Below, piece after piece: positions 60,051 through 64,000 of a DNA stretch of 64,000 nt. The translations under genes and the position numbers were made by a program. Position 1 is the first letter of the stretch, and each line of letters opens with the position of its first letter. This DNA is from Spironucleus salmonicida. Its lineage: Eukaryota. The notes under the pieces were generated by a model. It was not told the DNA's origin. It saw only the letters and a program-made list of their open reading frames with translations, and searched no databases. The stretch spans positions 1 to 64,000 of the forward strand of contig NC_090597.1 of assembly GCF_000497125.1 (NCBI RefSeq), given 5' to 3'.

Positions 60051-61445
60051 TCATTGAGCAACCTCTATAACCATTTATGGGGCAATAACTTACTGATATG
60101 GACCATTCTATTAATCCTTTAGTATCTCATATGTCTTCATTTTTCTAGCCTTTTTCCAACTGAAGAATAATTTCCCTTCCTCCCATCCAAATACACCTAT
60201 TTAAGAAATTATTAGAAATCCAAAAATAATACCTCCCAAACAAATATAATATCTGTAACTAACAGGTATTTAAAGTATACCTTCAGAAATAACAGCTGCT
60301 AGCTTGTTTTGAGATGAAACAAATGCTGACGAATAAGGGCCATAAGGCGGCGGTGTCCCTACTGTGTTGTAAATGGCAATTGCGAGATACTATTGCTGCT
60401 ACAGTATATAAAATGGTATTGCTATATTCGAAGATTCCTGATTGACAGCTAGTAGTATAATAAAAATAACTAGGAATAGAACCTCCAAATAGCACGAAAA
60501 TTTCATTACTTCCAATATTGTAACATTTTTAATAATAAAGTAAAATGTAAGGTACAACACGAAAAGTGATATTTTTGTTATTTCCATCAAATTATCCTCT
60601 TTCTTTATAATCGCGACTAAAGGAAATATAAAACAGTCTATTACGAGCCAACCGTACTGGAAACAAATAGTGTTAAAGTTATAGCACTCGTTAAACATGA
60701 ATTTATCATTCACAAAGTAATTAACAGAAAACATTAAAAAATAACCTCCAATACCGCTAAAAACCAATATCAAGCTAATCCAGTATTACTGGTAAATTAC
60801 ACTCCCCACGCACCCAAGACATAGGGAAAAAACTGAAATAAAGCCCAAAGTAATTAAACTCCAGGCAATGACCTTTTTACTCTCAACAGGACTTGGCAGC
60901 GGGCAAACAACGAAGGCATAGCAAAGCTAAATCAGCCCAAAAATGTTAAAGACAATAATGATTATTATACTCTTTTATGTAATAATTCCACCTAGGCCGC
61001 CGGCCAAGATCGTGAAGCTGGTTGTGATGGTGACGCTCAGCGAGAACCCACCCTCGACGACGATTTGATTTGTCATGGAACTCGTCGCTGGAGTAAGAAT
61101 TCCGTACCAGAACGACGACGAAACACGGAAAAGAATGAACGAAAAGCGGTTTGGAATTGCTAGTGTAAGCAGCAGTGCGAGTTCCATCAACACCGCGCAG
61201 CCAAGGTAGCACCTTTGCATGCCGAAGTGGGCGTGGAAATCGCACGAAACTGCAGCTATTGCTGCGAGGAAGCAGAGCGAAATCTTATCGGTGATCTAAA
61301 TTAGCTCCTGCGAAATGCTGAAATATTGGCTTACGTACGCACTATGAGACGATAAATAGGATGTTATCAGGAGATATATGAACTGCGGTGGTGCCACGAT
61401 GACAGATGCATGCACGATTGAGAGCTAATTGAGGCTCAGTCGCAT
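60051..61445 (-). CDS. Multi-pass membrane protein, MFS transporter-like, 464 aa
   Basis: Track ORFs 61220 and 60773 join in one frame; 12 or more hydrophobic segments; HFGMQR and FILFRV at typical MFS motif positions. Confidence 0.75.
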
Positions 61446-62399
61446 TTTTTAGATTGTTAGTATTGTGCGAAATATAAAAATAAGTTTTGCGGGTTTGTTA
61501 TTTTGGAGTGGTAAATTTGATGAATGGTTAGTGGTTTTGGTGCGTATTGTAGTATTTTTAAAAGAAAAATATGAGGTAATGAGGTTTTGTAAACGCTTAA
61601 TATAAGTGAAAATTTTATGATTAAAAAGATAATAGCTACGTATGATGCTAGTTAAATATTATACTATATAATGTAACGTTTAGAGTCTGAAGTACGTAAT
61701 ACTTATTTAATTTAGACCAGAAATTGAATATTATTTAGTTTTAATAAAGTATAATTAAAATATAGTATAATAAATATTATAATAATTGTACATAATTAAT
61801 TAGTACCGTTGAGATGACAGAATTCATTTAAACCTTTTTATCCCTGTATATAATAGTAGTTATATAAAAATAATAGTTAATTAAATATAATAACTTGATT
61901 TACATCAAAGGTAGTGACTTAAAACTACTATTATTGGAATTTAATTTACTGATAGGAGATGATAGTTTTAATACTGCCTAAGTATTAGAAAATATTCAAA
62001 TTGAAATAAAGGTGTGCATTTTAAATTTAAGTTTATATTTAAAGGGATATTTATTAAGGAAAATAATCAAGGTTTTTATCAGGATATATAAATTTAATGA
62101 TGCGGCTTTATGCCCATTTTAATCCTTAATAGAAGAATAAAATAATAACATAATTTATATAACCTATCATTGAATCTATATTAATTTTGTAATTCCTATA
62201 TATTTCAAAAACAATTTCAATATAAAATATTATATAAATAATATAGCTCTTTATGTTATGGTATAATTTATTATAATACAAATTTATTTACTATTATAAA
62301 CTTTAACTATCTTAATCTGTTATTTAATAATATATAAGGGACTTCATGTATGATAATCATGTAAAATTAATAGTTTCGTATGTCTATCAGTTCAAACAG

Positions 62400-63929
62400 T
62401 CATATCTCGTCCATTTCGGGCTTTGGCCGCAGCTTCTTCATCCGTAGCTTGGTCTTTCCGAATATGATAACGCCGCCGAGCGCCCCGCCGGCAACCATCG
62501 ATGCTGCAATTATGATAATATTGTAGAATATTATCTCCATCAGCGTCACCGTCTAGAAGTCGGGGTAGAGCGAGTCCACGAAGTCTCCGTTGGCCCTCGT
62601 GATCAGCAACTAGTAGTTGTACGCGTCCTGAATTTAGCGGATCGTCTTCGCTTCCGGGATGCGAATCTCGATGTCGAGGTGCGTGTCCAGCAGAAACTCG
62701 GCAGTTGCAACATTGGTGACACTGTTAGTAACCTAGTTCGCCTGCGTAGGAAACAGCTAGATGGTAACATTGGCCTTGTAGGGCTTTGGCTGCGGGCAGT
62801 TGTTCGTTGACGTTACGCGGATGAAGCCGGCCTCTAGCACCATGTGCGTGTCCGAGAAGCACGTCTTGCGGATGTTGGCGAAGGTGAAGCTGAACCGGTT
62901 CAGTGGAACCTCGTCATTGTACAGGGCCATGCTGATGATCACGCTCTCGCCCTTGTCGAACACCAGCTGCAGGCACTCAGGCGGCTGCAGGAAGCCATCG
63001 TCCACCGGGGAGAAGACCTGCTCGTCCATGTTGAGCTGGAGCTTTCCATTCAGTTTGATGTTCTCCGAGAGCAGTGCTGCCGCGAACTGCGCGACGAGGG
63101 TACAGGCGAAGTCGTTCACCTCGATCACCAGCTTAACCTAGGCAGCCTTCATCAGTTCCGTTTTCAAGCTCTCGGAGCTGCCTATCACCAGGAACAGGTT
63201 GTTGCCGTACGCGCTCACTGCCGATATCATCCCTGGGGAGTCTTGGCCCTTATACGATAGGGTGATGGTGGACACCTTCCCGGTGGCCTCGATGTCGTTG
63301 GAGCCGTAGGTGCATACCAGCATTATGGAGAGGATCCCGGTGTTGTAGAGGATGGGGGACAGATCCTTATTGGAGAAGCCGATGGATATGGTTTTAGCAG
63401 TGGTCTCAGTCTTCACTGATGAACTATCATATGAGAGTGGGTACGACTGTATGAAGTTGGTGACGATGAGCGTGGCGTTAGTCACGGCCAGCGTTGTGAA
63501 TGCCTTCGGGAAGGAGGCGGTCGCGGTGAAGACTTTCTGGTCGTACTCCACCAGGAGGTTGCTGAAAACCTCTGCCTCGCTGTTGCGGGTGAGCGTGATC
63601 TGGGAGATCTGCTGCATGAAGACCTCGCTGTAGCTGCGGATCTCGAGCTGGGCTGCCTTGACGTCGAAGTATAGCTTGATGTCGGCGACTGGGATCTGGA
63701 TCAGCAGCGTAGTCCCGTATGCGTAGTCCGTGAGCACGGTCTGTACGTCCAGGTCTTTCCGCGTGAACAGGAGTCGGACGTTCACCGCAGTCGGCAGGTT
63801 GCCGCATGCCGCGCTACCGGTCGGCTCGATGTGGATGATCAACGTACCCTGCACCTGGGACACCTCCAGGGTGGTCAGGTCGGAGTAGCACGCCTGGAGC
63901 TGCGCGTACCCTGCTAATACCGCCAACAT
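62400..63929 (-). CDS. Uncharacterised single-pass membrane protein, 509 aa (copy 2, inverted duplicate of 48215-49744)
   Basis: Reverse-complement near-identity; about seven amino-acid differences. Confidence 0.88.
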
Positions 63930-64000
63930 TTTTGAAGACCCGAGGCGAATGCAACAGAGGTTAGAAAGTATTCAGCTTGGCCGGGTTTTTAGTTTCAATA

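Overview
Eukaryotic, AT-rich, apparently intron-free DNA from a hexamitid diplomonad, most consistent with Spironucleus. TAA/TAG read as Gln and TGA is the only stop, so the supplied ORF track fragments nearly every gene; many stops sit in an AGTGA motif. The left ~43 kb looks subtelomeric or accessory. It holds a 3-kb (AATAT)n array, a probably bacteria-derived FAD oxidoreductase, and three copies of a giant (~1,750 aa) P-loop NTPase-like gene family in a ~9-kb tandem arrangement. It also holds decayed cysteine-rich genes, a glycerol-3-phosphate dehydrogenase-type pseudogene and a degraded endogenous virus relic (penton-like ORF plus A32-type packaging ATPase) written in the host's code. The right ~21 kb has mostly intact genes: a Cys-rich ectodomain fused to an SLC35F-like transporter, several cysteine-rich membrane proteins, histone H2A, an [FeFe]-hydrogenase with an MGCGS N-terminus, PF16/SPAG6, an MFS transporter and an inverted duplicate pair of a membrane-protein gene. 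All translations were done by hand and family calls rest on motif recognition; no searches were run.
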